Both the position numbers and the translations under genes were made by a program. The notes below the pieces were generated by a model. The model had not been told where the DNA came from. It saw only the letters and a list, made by a program, of their open reading frames with translations, and ran no database searches. A DNA stretch of 37,033 bases. It comes from a virus (Duplodnaviria; Caudoviricetes). The number at the start of each line of letters is the position of its first letter. Position 1 is the first letter of the stretch. This document shows positions 15,514-24,606 of this stretch, piece after piece. The stretch is taken from IMG/VR virus record IMGVR_UViG_3300025160_000014, positions 1 to 37,033 of that record; one strand, written 5' to 3'.

Positions 15514-16313
15514 TGGATATTTCTCCAGCAAGTTTTGTATCTATAGATGAGCTACTCAACGACATCCTGCCGCTTGTTGATGACGAGCGCCTGGAGGTAA
15601 ACACAAAAGGGTATTACACATCGATGATCCAGCAAGCGCTCGAAGCCCTGGCCTTTGAAACATTCTTCGATGAGCGCAGAGAGACCGAGCCATTCCCAGT
15701 AGAAACACTTACGATGATGATGCCAAAAGGGGCATTCAACCTTCGTAACGTCTACATATTCAACGGAACAGAATGTAATATTTGGAACAGCAGAAAGGTG
15801 TGGTGGAAAAGAAACTACTACACAAAAGGAAAGGGGTATATCGCTAACAATAAAGGGGAGCAAACAAGAGACCCATTCATCTCCGGAAGCTCTTTCCTTG
15901 ACCGCTACGAAAGCAAAGAGTTGATCCGATACAGAAACACCCTTGACCGTGCGTACTTCTACGAAGTGCAAAACGGAATGGTGATGTTTAGTAAGCAGTG
16001 CGCCTGCTATCAAAGCGTGATGCTGGAGTTCAATGGGACCGGATGTGACATCGGAGATGTCCCGATCGTTCCAATGTTCCTGCGTGCCGCAGTAAAGGAT
16101 TACGTGTGCGAGTTTACGCTACGTATCCGCATGGCAAAAGACCAAACCAATAAATGGGGTGGGCTGTGGAAGATCTACGAACAGAGATTAAATATGGACG
16201 AACGGTACGGTATCGGAACAGGGAGCTGGGGAAAGGCACAACAGTTTGTCAAAAACATGAATACATCTCAACGCGCTGAATTAAAAGAATATCTTTCGAA
16301 AAATGCCTGGTAG
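15513..16313 (+). CDS. Putative tail ring protein 3
   Basis: FVSIDELL N-terminus and GDVPIVP..LRAAVKDYV C-terminal pattern; position before the muzzle-like gene. Confidence 0.6.
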   Translation: MDISPASFVSIDELLNDILPLVDDERLEVNTKGYYTSMIQQALEALAFETFFDERRETEPFPVETLTMMMPKGAFNLRNVYIFNGTECNIWNSRKVWWKRNYYTKGKGYIANNKGEQTRDPFISGSSFLDRYESKELIRYRNTLDRAYFYEVQNGMVMFSKQCACYQSVMLEFNGTGCDIGDVPIVPMFLRAAVKDYVCEFTLRIRMAKDQTNKWGGLWKIYEQRLNMDERYGIGTGSWGKAQQFVKNMNTSQRAELKEYLSKNAW

Positions 16314-17020
16314 TGTATCCGGAAAAAACAAATATCTATACGTTGACTGACCCGAGAACGGGTCTTGTTCGATATGTCGGAAAAACAAACACTCCAGAGC
16401 TGCGATACATAAAGCATTGTTGTCAATTTGAGACAAACAAAAAGTCGAGCTGGTCTAAGTCGCTAAGAGCTGTTGGCTTGAAGCCGAAAATGGACATTAT
16501 TGACGAAGTTCCTTATTGCGATTGGAGGTTTTGGGAAAGGCACTACATAAACCTTTTTAAGGCTTCCGGAGCAAAACTTGTGAATATGATGGATGGTGGA
16601 ATAGGGGCAGAGCTTGCTGGGTCCATCTCGAAGAGATCAAAGCCGGTTCTTCAATATAGCCTGAGCGGAGAATTTATCAAGGAGTTCCCGTCAATAAGAA
16701 ACGCTTCTCACGCTAATAGTGTTGATCATGCCAGGATTAGTTTCGTTTGCATGGGCAGAAGATTTAATTCTGCCGGAGGGTTTATGTGGAGATATAAGGA
16801 TGGAGAAATTATATTAAAGATAGCCCCTGTCAAGAGGATGCCGTTTTCACCAATACCAGTTTTACAGATTAACGAAAATGGAGACATTATAAAAGAGTGG
16901 AAAAGCGTTACTCATGCGGCTATCGGATTAAAAATAGATCGAACATTGATATGGAGGCGTTGTAACGGTATAAATTCCGGAGCACACGCTTTTTCTTTTA
17001 AGTATAAAAATAATGCCTAA
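16313..17020 (+). CDS. GIY-YIG-like homing endonuclease with NUMOD1-type repeats
   Basis: N-terminal IYTLTDPR...RYVGKT...RY..H...E...N nuclease motif, plus two KPVLQYSLSGEFIKEFPSIRNA-type repeats. Confidence 0.85.
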   Translation: MYPEKTNIYTLTDPRTGLVRYVGKTNTPELRYIKHCCQFETNKKSSWSKSLRAVGLKPKMDIIDEVPYCDWRFWERHYINLFKASGAKLVNMMDGGIGAELAGSISKRSKPVLQYSLSGEFIKEFPSIRNASHANSVDHARISFVCMGRRFNSAGGFMWRYKDGEIILKIAPVKRMPFSPIPVLQINENGDIIKEWKSVTHAAIGLKIDRTLIWRRCNGINSGAHAFSFKYKNNA

Positions 17021-20000
17021 TCAAGAACATCATTTTTGGGATTGGAAAAGATATTTTCGCGGAGCTGACACCTCCACAGAAAAGGAGATCACCGGAGCGC
17101 TTGAAAACTCCGGTGTTTATATAATCCTGCGTAACGGCAGACCCACATCCACAGATGGAGATACGGGCGACGCAAATAAAATAAGGGGAGAGCAGCTGCT
17201 TTATCAAAGGACGGTGGCCGGAAATTACACCTGCACAGGAACGATCTCTGTAAATAGTCGCGTCATTGAATTTTGGGCCTCTCCTACTCCCGGAGAATTC
17301 TCTTTTGTGAGAATTGATGGAGTGGCAGTTCTTCAAAGTTCGCTGTTCGACATTCGCGTAACCCACCCGCTGCAACTTGACAAAAACGAAAATTGTATCG
17401 GCGGAGAAGTCTTCTTGACCGACTTCCGTATCCCCCCGATGATATTCAATGTGCAGGACATGATCGACTCGTTGGTTAGCGACCCCAACAAATATTTTTC
17501 AAATTTCGATCCGCTTCTTTACTCTGTAAATCTTTCTTCTCCTTTAGATATTCCTGTGTTCGTTGAATTAGTGAACGTAGGTGGCGGCGGCGGCTTACCG
17601 GTGGGAGAATACCAATATCAGATGCGCTATGCCTCCAAGGAAGGGGACAGAACAAATTTCAGCGCACCCACACCACTCATTCCGGTGGTTCAGAACCTGT
17701 CAAGCTCTAGCGACCAGTATCCGTTCATAAAAACATACGGAGCATCGCCCGATCCAAATTCAAAGACTAGGTATGCTATTAAATTGCGCTTCCGCGTAAC
17801 GAACCTTTTCAACTACGACTTTATTGAAATAACTAGGCTCGCTCACAACTCAGGAGCCGGAATAGGGTTTACGCCAACAGCAAAAGTAGTTGCGAAAATC
17901 GATATAGTGAATCAGGAGATCTCTGTAAGAGAATTTCTTGATCCTGTGGAGTCCAACACAGATATTTCTCTTTCTGACGAAGAGACAACAAGAGAGATCG
18001 CGTATGTGGAAGCGGCGAAGACGATTCGCTACTTCGACAAGCGCACAGTGCTGATGAATGTAAAACTTGCTTCTAAAGAGTCGGCGCTAGTGTTTGATCA
18101 GTACAATCAAAAAACTGCATTCCCGGTAATCGATAATCTAGGGAAGGCCGGATATAACGATCCCTGGAATCACGCCTACAAAAAGAAGTATATGGCCGGC
18201 GAGCGGTACGGATTTGCCGTCCAGCTGTTTGATGGTGTAGGCGGGAAAGGATTTGCAACCAAAGTTCCCGGGTTTGAGAATTACAAATTTCCAAACAGAA
18301 GGATAACCACAGATCCGGACACAGACCTGTTCTCGTATCTTGGAAATGTAAAGGCTGCAAGTATCGCAAACTCAATTACTCAAACCCATGAAGTTTTCGA
18401 CCTTTCAAATGCAATAGCAAAGACAGACAAGTGTTCGTTCAAGAATATCTACCGCAGAGAAAATCTTGGGCTGTCCGGGCAGAAGTCAAAGGCTATCGTT
18501 ACCGAAGATTGTGACGAGACAAATGGAGAGATAGAGAATCACGGAGCGACAGTAACCATACTGAATGACGTTTATCCGTACTGGCATCCGTATACGCCCG
18601 TTCGACAGAACGACCCCGATGTAACCGGACACAATTATGTTGTGAACACACAGGTATCTCCTGACGATCAAGAAAGCAATGGAGTAGACTACCGCCCTCC
18701 AGGATTTGCTCCGAACTACTATTCTATGGGACTCGCTCTCGCGGGAGTTAGCAATTTCCCGGCATGGGCAAAAGCGTTTTCTGTAGTTAGAACCGAGGCA
18801 GCAAAAAGAGTGGTGGCCCAAGGCATAGGGATGTACTACATGATCCCGGCAATTTATACGGCGCTCGGAAACACAAAACTCACAACAAAAGAGAAGAGAA
18901 AATTCTGGTTCTTCTCTCCTGATATTGAAAATGGAGTTGTGGCAAGCGATGTGGTGAATGATATTATCGACGCTCCGGAAAACTATAAGATACAGTTCGT
19001 CTCTCCGCTTGGACATTTCGGAGAGCTATACAACTTTGAGAACAACACAATAAGCGAAAATCGGTCTAGGTTGATCGATATGGTTTCTTACACCAGAATG
19101 ATACGTGACGCTGTAGGAGGCGCACTGAACCCAACCGAAGACCCAAATATGGGATTCCCGGGAGGAGATGGATTTAACTACGTTGGATACGGCAAGTGGA
19201 GAAACCAACAACAGCAACCAACAGCGTTCGCAGGAGGTGATCTTGGCGATAATTTATTTGACATCGCTACGGTAGAAAGGATCGCAGAAGGTCGCGGGAC
19301 CTACATGGGCATAGAGATAACAACAGATTTCTACGGGACGGCAAGCACAGGAGGAAGTAGCGATGACAATTTTGAGGATGACGGCATGAAGAATTTCACC
19401 GAGCCGTTCTACATGGTTAACATCGTTGCGGATGGAGCCATCGTTCGCGATCAGAACATGGAGCAGTATAGATCTATCGGGCATTATCAGAAACTTGAAA
19501 GTATCATCGGTCAGGGGAACGGGAATGCAAACCAGAAATTTATCCTCGTTGACGAAAGATGGGAAGATTGTATTCCTGCCCTCTCTTCCACCCACCCAAA
19601 CGCAAATATTGACCGGTATCTGTATATCAAAAGAGCTACCACCAACGTCGTTGAAAAATGGATGAACGTGGCCTTCAAGACGCCCGCCCAGCTTGCCACA
19701 ATAGTTTCAGATATCGCCAACAACGGGTTCTTTGGTCCTAATGTCGTAGGGATTTATACACATACGAATGTTAATAACCAGAGCCGGTTCTTTGAAATAG
19801 ACTTTCCTTACCCGAACTTCTATCCTCAGCAGGACGATAAAATTTTAGTCCGGTATGATAACACCGCGCCAATCAGATGTTTCGGCGGAGACACGGTTGT
19901 TGGAGAAGCGATATTCGCGCCTATCGACCGCGAGGCGGATGCTCATGATGACGCTTCTGACACAATGTTCGCGATGGGCATAGGATTTCCGTATCGCCAC

Positions 20001-21491
20001 ATGAAGCTCAACCCGAGGCATTATGTAATCAAAAGAACTACCGGTATCGACAGGATACAAAATGAATCCTGGTCTTTCTTGGGATACATCCGCCAGCTGT
20101 GCGTGATGTTCTGCTGCGAAAGCAGAATTCATCTTCCCTATTCATTTAACTCCGCATACCCGCTTCAATTTTTTCCTCTGATCAACTATGTGATGCGCCC
20201 AAATCGCTGGGACATCGACAAAACTATCGAAGAGCAAAACATCTATAAAGATTATGTTACTGCGTATGGAGAAGACGAAAAGACGCAGTGGAAATGGGGC
20301 GGATTTAGATTCTTACAACAGGTGAACCCAGACTATTCCAATGAGTCGGCAAAAGAATATGTCTCTCGTCCGGAGTTTGGGTTCACAGAAAAAACAGAAT
20401 TCTGCACCAGGATAATGTGGTCTCTTCCTCGCGCCATCAACGTACAGGATGCGCCCGGCTTACGTACATTCCCTGCCAACAACGCTTTTGATATCGATGA
20501 CGATCAGGGAGAGATAAAAAGAGCATGGGAGGCGACTTCCTCAAGAGGAGAAAACCTGTACGCATTTTGCAATACCGGGATATGCCTTCTCGTTACAAAG
20601 AAGAGTATTCTTTCTGATCTGGATGCCGGAGAACTAGCATACATGGCCGCAGATACTTTCGTCAAACAGCAGTATTGGCTCAACAAGAACACGGGAATGT
20701 TCGACGAGATGTGGAGATCGGCAGCCGAAGGATTTGTGCCCGTCACCCCAGAAGGATCTCCGGAAGTTCTGGTAGAAGCGCTCTTTTTCTCCAACGACAA
20801 ATCTTCGTTCCGGTTCATGGACAACCAGCTTTATGACATCGGAAGAACGAAATTTTTTAACACCATAAACCCGGCTCTCGAAACAGTCCAGCCCGGATAC
20901 CTGACAAAAGTCACCGGAGTGTACGACGAATTCAACCAAGAATACTGGTTGCATATTGACGACTGCGGTGGAGCCGGAGCGGACCCAAACTGTTTTAAAA
21001 ACACATTTGTCTTCGGACAGAAGCTTGGAATGTGGCACGGGACAAACGACTACGGGTTCGACAAATTCCTTTCGATGGACGACAGAATGTTCGGCATGAG
21101 AGATGAAGAAACTTTTGAACTTGGAAAAGGATTTATCATAAACGGACAGCCGGTAGTGTTCGAGGCCACTCACGCTTCTGCAATGCAACCACAGGCAGAT
21201 AAAGAATTTATTCGCATCAGGATAAATACCGGAAACAACGTGAAGCCTACTCGGGTGGAATTCTACGATGAATATAACGGAACATTGCTATGTTTTAAAG
21301 ATCCTTCGCAGGGGCCGCTATATTTAAAGAATTACAGGGGGTTTGAAGGTTTTATCGACAGGAAGCTCGCGTCTGTTTCTCTGACTAGAGACCGCGTTCA
21401 AGGGCGCCTTCTAGTCTACAAAATAATTCATAGCTTTGCTTCACCATTCAAACTCATTTCTACTGGTGTCCAATATAAGCTCATAAAATAA
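17013..21491 (+). CDS. Putative tail stabilisation / muzzle protein
   Basis: 1492-aa beta-rich protein with KKYMAGERYGFAVQLFD and VTGVYDEFNQEYWL motifs resembling crAss-like muzzle proteins; follows the ring genes. Confidence 0.7.
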   Translation: MPNQEHHFWDWKRYFRGADTSTEKEITGALENSGVYIILRNGRPTSTDGDTGDANKIRGEQLLYQRTVAGNYTCTGTISVNSRVIEFWASPTPGEFSFVRIDGVAVLQSSLFDIRVTHPLQLDKNENCIGGEVFLTDFRIPPMIFNVQDMIDSLVSDPNKYFSNFDPLLYSVNLSSPLDIPVFVELVNVGGGGGLPVGEYQYQMRYASKEGDRTNFSAPTPLIPVVQNLSSSSDQYPFIKTYGASPDPNSKTRYAIKLRFRVTNLFNYDFIEITRLAHNSGAGIGFTPTAKVVAKIDIVNQEISVREFLDPVESNTDISLSDEETTREIAYVEAAKTIRYFDKRTVLMNVKLASKESALVFDQYNQKTAFPVIDNLGKAGYNDPWNHAYKKKYMAGERYGFAVQLFDGVGGKGFATKVPGFENYKFPNRRITTDPDTDLFSYLGNVKAASIANSITQTHEVFDLSNAIAKTDKCSFKNIYRRENLGLSGQKSKAIVTEDCDETNGEIENHGATVTILNDVYPYWHPYTPVRQNDPDVTGHNYVVNTQVSPDDQESNGVDYRPPGFAPNYYSMGLALAGVSNFPAWAKAFSVVRTEAAKRVVAQGIGMYYMIPAIYTALGNTKLTTKEKRKFWFFSPDIENGVVASDVVNDIIDAPENYKIQFVSPLGHFGELYNFENNTISENRSRLIDMVSYTRMIRDAVGGALNPTEDPNMGFPGGDGFNYVGYGKWRNQQQQPTAFAGGDLGDNLFDIATVERIAEGRGTYMGIEITTDFYGTASTGGSSDDNFEDDGMKNFTEPFYMVNIVADGAIVRDQNMEQYRSIGHYQKLESIIGQGNGNANQKFILVDERWEDCIPALSSTHPNANIDRYLYIKRATTNVVEKWMNVAFKTPAQLATIVSDIANNGFFGPNVVGIYTHTNVNNQSRFFEIDFPYPNFYPQQDDKILVRYDNTAPIRCFGGDTVVGEAIFAPIDREADAHDDASDTMFAMGIGFPYRHMKLNPRHYVIKRTTGIDRIQNESWSFLGYIRQLCVMFCCESRIHLPYSFNSAYPLQFFPLINYVMRPNRWDIDKTIEEQNIYKDYVTAYGEDEKTQWKWGGFRFLQQVNPDYSNESAKEYVSRPEFGFTEKTEFCTRIMWSLPRAINVQDAPGLRTFPANNAFDIDDDQGEIKRAWEATSSRGENLYAFCNTGICLLVTKKSILSDLDAGELAYMAADTFVKQQYWLNKNTGMFDEMWRSAAEGFVPVTPEGSPEVLVEALFFSNDKSSFRFMDNQLYDIGRTKFFNTINPALETVQPGYLTKVTGVYDEFNQEYWLHIDDCGGAGADPNCFKNTFVFGQKLGMWHGTNDYGFDKFLSMDDRMFGMRDEETFELGKGFIINGQPVVFEATHASAMQPQADKEFIRIRINTGNNVKPTRVEFYDEYNGTLLCFKDPSQGPLYLKNYRGFEGFIDRKLASVSLTRDRVQGRLLVYKIIHSFASPFKLISTGVQYKLIK
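21431..21438 (+). promoter_or_regulatory. Internal -7 element TAGCTTTG for the ejection-protein genes
   Basis: Consensus motif in the AT-rich 3' end of the muzzle gene, about 55 nt before the ATG at 21493. Confidence 0.45.
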
Positions 21492-21492
21492 C

Positions 21493-22365
21493 ATGGCACA
21501 AGATTTTGGCAAACTTTTAGGCAGTATCCTCGGCGGAGCCGCAGGAACTGCAATCGCTCCCGGAGCAGGAACTGCTATCGGAAGTCAAATTGGCGGACAG
21601 ATCGGTGGATCTATGGGCGGCAACAAAAATGGGGGTGGCGCTGGAGGAGGAGTTCTTAATTCTATCGGAAGCAACCCTTCAAATGCAGGAGCTGCTTTCG
21701 GCGGAATAAGTTCTATCATCCAAAATATTCAGAGTCTAAGAAATCAGAGCAAAGCAGAGAGTGCTATGCCTGAACTCATTGACCCCAATCAGGCTGCATT
21801 TCTTGCAGAGATCGGCCAAAAGAGAAAGGCGATGAACACCGGAGCAGAGTTTGCTGCCGGAGCCGGGCTTCTCGAAGAACAGGCCGGAACAACAGCCAAC
21901 GCAATCGTGAAATCATCAGGAGGAGACGCAGGAGGTGCCATAGAAGGACTCCTTCGTTCACAGAGAACAACAGGAAGAGGAACAAACGAACTACTTGCAA
22001 AGGGCGCTCAGGACCAGAAATTTTTCACCGGTGTTTATGCCGACATGCTAAACCGGATCTCGGCCCGCAAGATGCAACTTCAACTTTCCAGAAGAGCACA
22101 GGCTCTCGCCGAAGGCGCACAGAAAGGTCAGGACGCCTACGCAAACATGGCAAACGCTATCGCTAGAGTCCCTAGCCTTGGCGGACAAACAACGCCTACC
22201 GATATAAATTTTGACTCGCTTCTTACCCAACAAGGTAACGAGCCCGTAGAACCGGTGATGATGGATGAAAATCAACTTGTAAACAGAGAGATAACATCCG
22301 AGATGCCAGCTGACGGAACAGAAATAGATCTTAACACTTCCTCAAGCCTGCTTTCGCAGTTTTAA
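21493..22365 (+). CDS. Putative ejection (internal virion) protein 1
   Basis: Gly-zipper N-terminus LLGSILGGAAGTAIAPGAGTAIGSQIGG and Ala/Gln-rich helices; position after the muzzle gene. Confidence 0.7.
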   Translation: MAQDFGKLLGSILGGAAGTAIAPGAGTAIGSQIGGQIGGSMGGNKNGGGAGGGVLNSIGSNPSNAGAAFGGISSIIQNIQSLRNQSKAESAMPELIDPNQAAFLAEIGQKRKAMNTGAEFAAGAGLLEEQAGTTANAIVKSSGGDAGGAIEGLLRSQRTTGRGTNELLAKGAQDQKFFTGVYADMLNRISARKMQLQLSRRAQALAEGAQKGQDAYANMANAIARVPSLGGQTTPTDINFDSLLTQQGNEPVEPVMMDENQLVNREITSEMPADGTEIDLNTSSSLLSQF

Positions 22366-22366
22366 C

Positions 22367-24088
22367 ATGGCAGAGCCGATAATTGATACGGAAGAAAAAG
22401 AGTCGGTGCTGGATAGTATTGTGTCCAAGCCACAGGAGCCTGGAGCAGGGACGGTAACTGCGAACGACATTTACACTTTTGTTCCGGAGATGTCTCCATA
22501 CGAAAAGAGGATCTACGAAGAAAATTTAAAGAAAGAGAGGGTTCCGGCTCCCGGCTATCTACCTCATGAAACAATGTTTCCCTCCGCCTCCAATCAGATC
22601 AATAAAGGGTCTTACTCTGGAAGCGAAATAGGGAGTATGCCAATATTTGCTGCCGGCGGCCTTGCGCCGTTTGGAGTGTTCGACGCCCGCCAGAGGGCGA
22701 TCGAAAACGCCGCTTTGAAAAAGGCAAAGCAGATCGATGACTTCCAGAAAATTTACAAGGCGCCAGTTACAAAACATTCCTCTGTTCAAGGGAAAATTGA
22801 TGAAGGATATTATACAGGTCTGCGTCAGTGGGTAGAAAACTCAAAGAAAAAGTACGGATCGAAATGGACAGATGCGCTAAACCAGGATATATCATTCCAG
22901 AAGTGGAACCGTTCATGGAACACCGTGAAGGATATGGAAGACAAGCTGGTTGAATATGCAGCCCAGCTGGAAACAAAAGACAAGGATAAAAATTTCGTCC
23001 TCAGCCCACAGACCAAGAAAGGGTTGCAGGATTTCATGGAAGGGGTGGACGGCCTAGCATCAAACCCGTTCGACCCAAAAGGACATACGGTAAACTCGAA
23101 GCTATTAAAACTCAGGGCAGAAGATAACCTGGACGTAGTTGTTAATGACTCTGTTGATAAGTTGATCCAGGATGTGAAAACTTCATACCCTGGAACTTCT
23201 GATCAGGGGATCTACGATTTGATAGTTACTACGAAAACCACAGGAACCGGACCCGATAAAATAAACTCTCTTGCAGATGGGATTATGAAAACCCATTACG
23301 GAGATGGATCTTATTTTAAGAAAGAAGATGTTGTTGAGAGACTAAAGTCTGTTCTTGGAACAAAAGTAGAGAGAACGGTAAGTCATGCCGGGAATCAGTT
23401 TAATCCTTCTACTGGCGATGGAGCTGGATTCAAATATACTAATGATGATTTTTCCAATGAGCCGCAGGATGTGAATGTAAATGTGATGCAGACAGGCGGC
23501 GGACTGAAAGCTGGAAAGATTACTACCTCTGACGGAATTACATTCAAGAAACCGGTAAAGGTCACTATCCCGGCAGGGACGAAGATGATTGATTTTGACA
23601 AGGGTGGATCACTCCCATCTGGAGCCACTGGGGTTAAAGATGTAATTCTCGGGAAGGCGTTTATTGCTCCTACATATTTTAATTCGAAAGATCCTAAAGA
23701 TCCAGTTAACGGGTCTGTGATGACTCCAGAACAACTGAAAGACCCAAAGGCAAAAGGGAATGTGATATACGTCCCAATGGTTTTTGGTGAATACACTGAG
23801 AAAAATTTGGCCGGACAAGACGTAAAAAGTTCCGTTTCTATCCCAATGAGCGAGATCGAAAACAGCCTGGTGAAAGAATGGAATTCTGATGGAACGGTGA
23901 AGACCGGAATCCCGGTTGATATTTATAAGCAAAAAGCGGATCAGAAGAATCAAGAGATTAATCAGTCGGGGGTAAAAAAAACGTCGCTGTCTACAATAAA
24001 GGGGAAGATGAGTGATCCGCAGTGGGCTGGATACACCGAGCAAGAGCTTGTTGATTATTATAAATCTCAAGGATACACCGTAGAATGA
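22367..24088 (+). CDS. Putative ejection (internal virion) protein 2
   Basis: 573-aa Cys-free protein between the small and giant cargo genes. Confidence 0.6.
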   Translation: MAEPIIDTEEKESVLDSIVSKPQEPGAGTVTANDIYTFVPEMSPYEKRIYEENLKKERVPAPGYLPHETMFPSASNQINKGSYSGSEIGSMPIFAAGGLAPFGVFDARQRAIENAALKKAKQIDDFQKIYKAPVTKHSSVQGKIDEGYYTGLRQWVENSKKKYGSKWTDALNQDISFQKWNRSWNTVKDMEDKLVEYAAQLETKDKDKNFVLSPQTKKGLQDFMEGVDGLASNPFDPKGHTVNSKLLKLRAEDNLDVVVNDSVDKLIQDVKTSYPGTSDQGIYDLIVTTKTTGTGPDKINSLADGIMKTHYGDGSYFKKEDVVERLKSVLGTKVERTVSHAGNQFNPSTGDGAGFKYTNDDFSNEPQDVNVNVMQTGGGLKAGKITTSDGITFKKPVKVTIPAGTKMIDFDKGGSLPSGATGVKDVILGKAFIAPTYFNSKDPKDPVNGSVMTPEQLKDPKAKGNVIYVPMVFGEYTEKNLAGQDVKSSVSIPMSEIENSLVKEWNSDGTVKTGIPVDIYKQKADQKNQEINQSGVKKTSLSTIKGKMSDPQWAGYTEQELVDYYKSQGYTVE

Positions 24089-24606
24089 AGAAGATTTTTT
24101 TGTGGAGAGCAGATTCGCCAAAGGGCCCGTATCATTTGACGGATTTTTTTGCTATGGTTGACGACGAGGACTACGATCAAATAAACAAGAATAGGTGGTT
24201 TGTCATGAAGCTTTATCATTGCGACACTCCTATTGTTTATGCGAGGCGATACGAGGGTAAGAAAGATGACTTCCGAGCTATTTTAATGCACCGAGAAATA
24301 TTGATGCCCGATAAAGGATTGAAGGTTGATCATGTTGATGGGAGTGGATTAAATAATCAAAGGTCCAATTTGCGCGTAGCTACCCATTCCCAAAACATGT
24401 CCCACAGAACCAAAAGAGCGTCTGCTACATCTAAATATTTGGGAGTTTTTTTTGATGGAAAATCTTATGTTGCTTCGTGTAAGCACAATGGGGTAACTAA
24501 AAGAATGGGCGGATTTAAAACTGAAAAAGAGGCGGCGCTTACATATAATTATTATGCTCATTTTCATAAGGGGGAGTTTGCGAAACTAAACGATATCTAC
24601 TTGTAA
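24085..24606 (+). CDS. HNH-AP2 homing endonuclease
   Basis: AMVDDEDYD...MHREI...VDHVDGSGLNNQRSNLR.AT..QN (HNH) followed by SKYLGV...GGFKTEKEAALTYN..A...GEFAKLN (AP2). Confidence 0.92.
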   Translation: MKKIFLWRADSPKGPYHLTDFFAMVDDEDYDQINKNRWFVMKLYHCDTPIVYARRYEGKKDDFRAILMHREILMPDKGLKVDHVDGSGLNNQRSNLRVATHSQNMSHRTKRASATSKYLGVFFDGKSYVASCKHNGVTKRMGGFKTEKEAALTYNYYAHFHKGEFAKLNDIYL

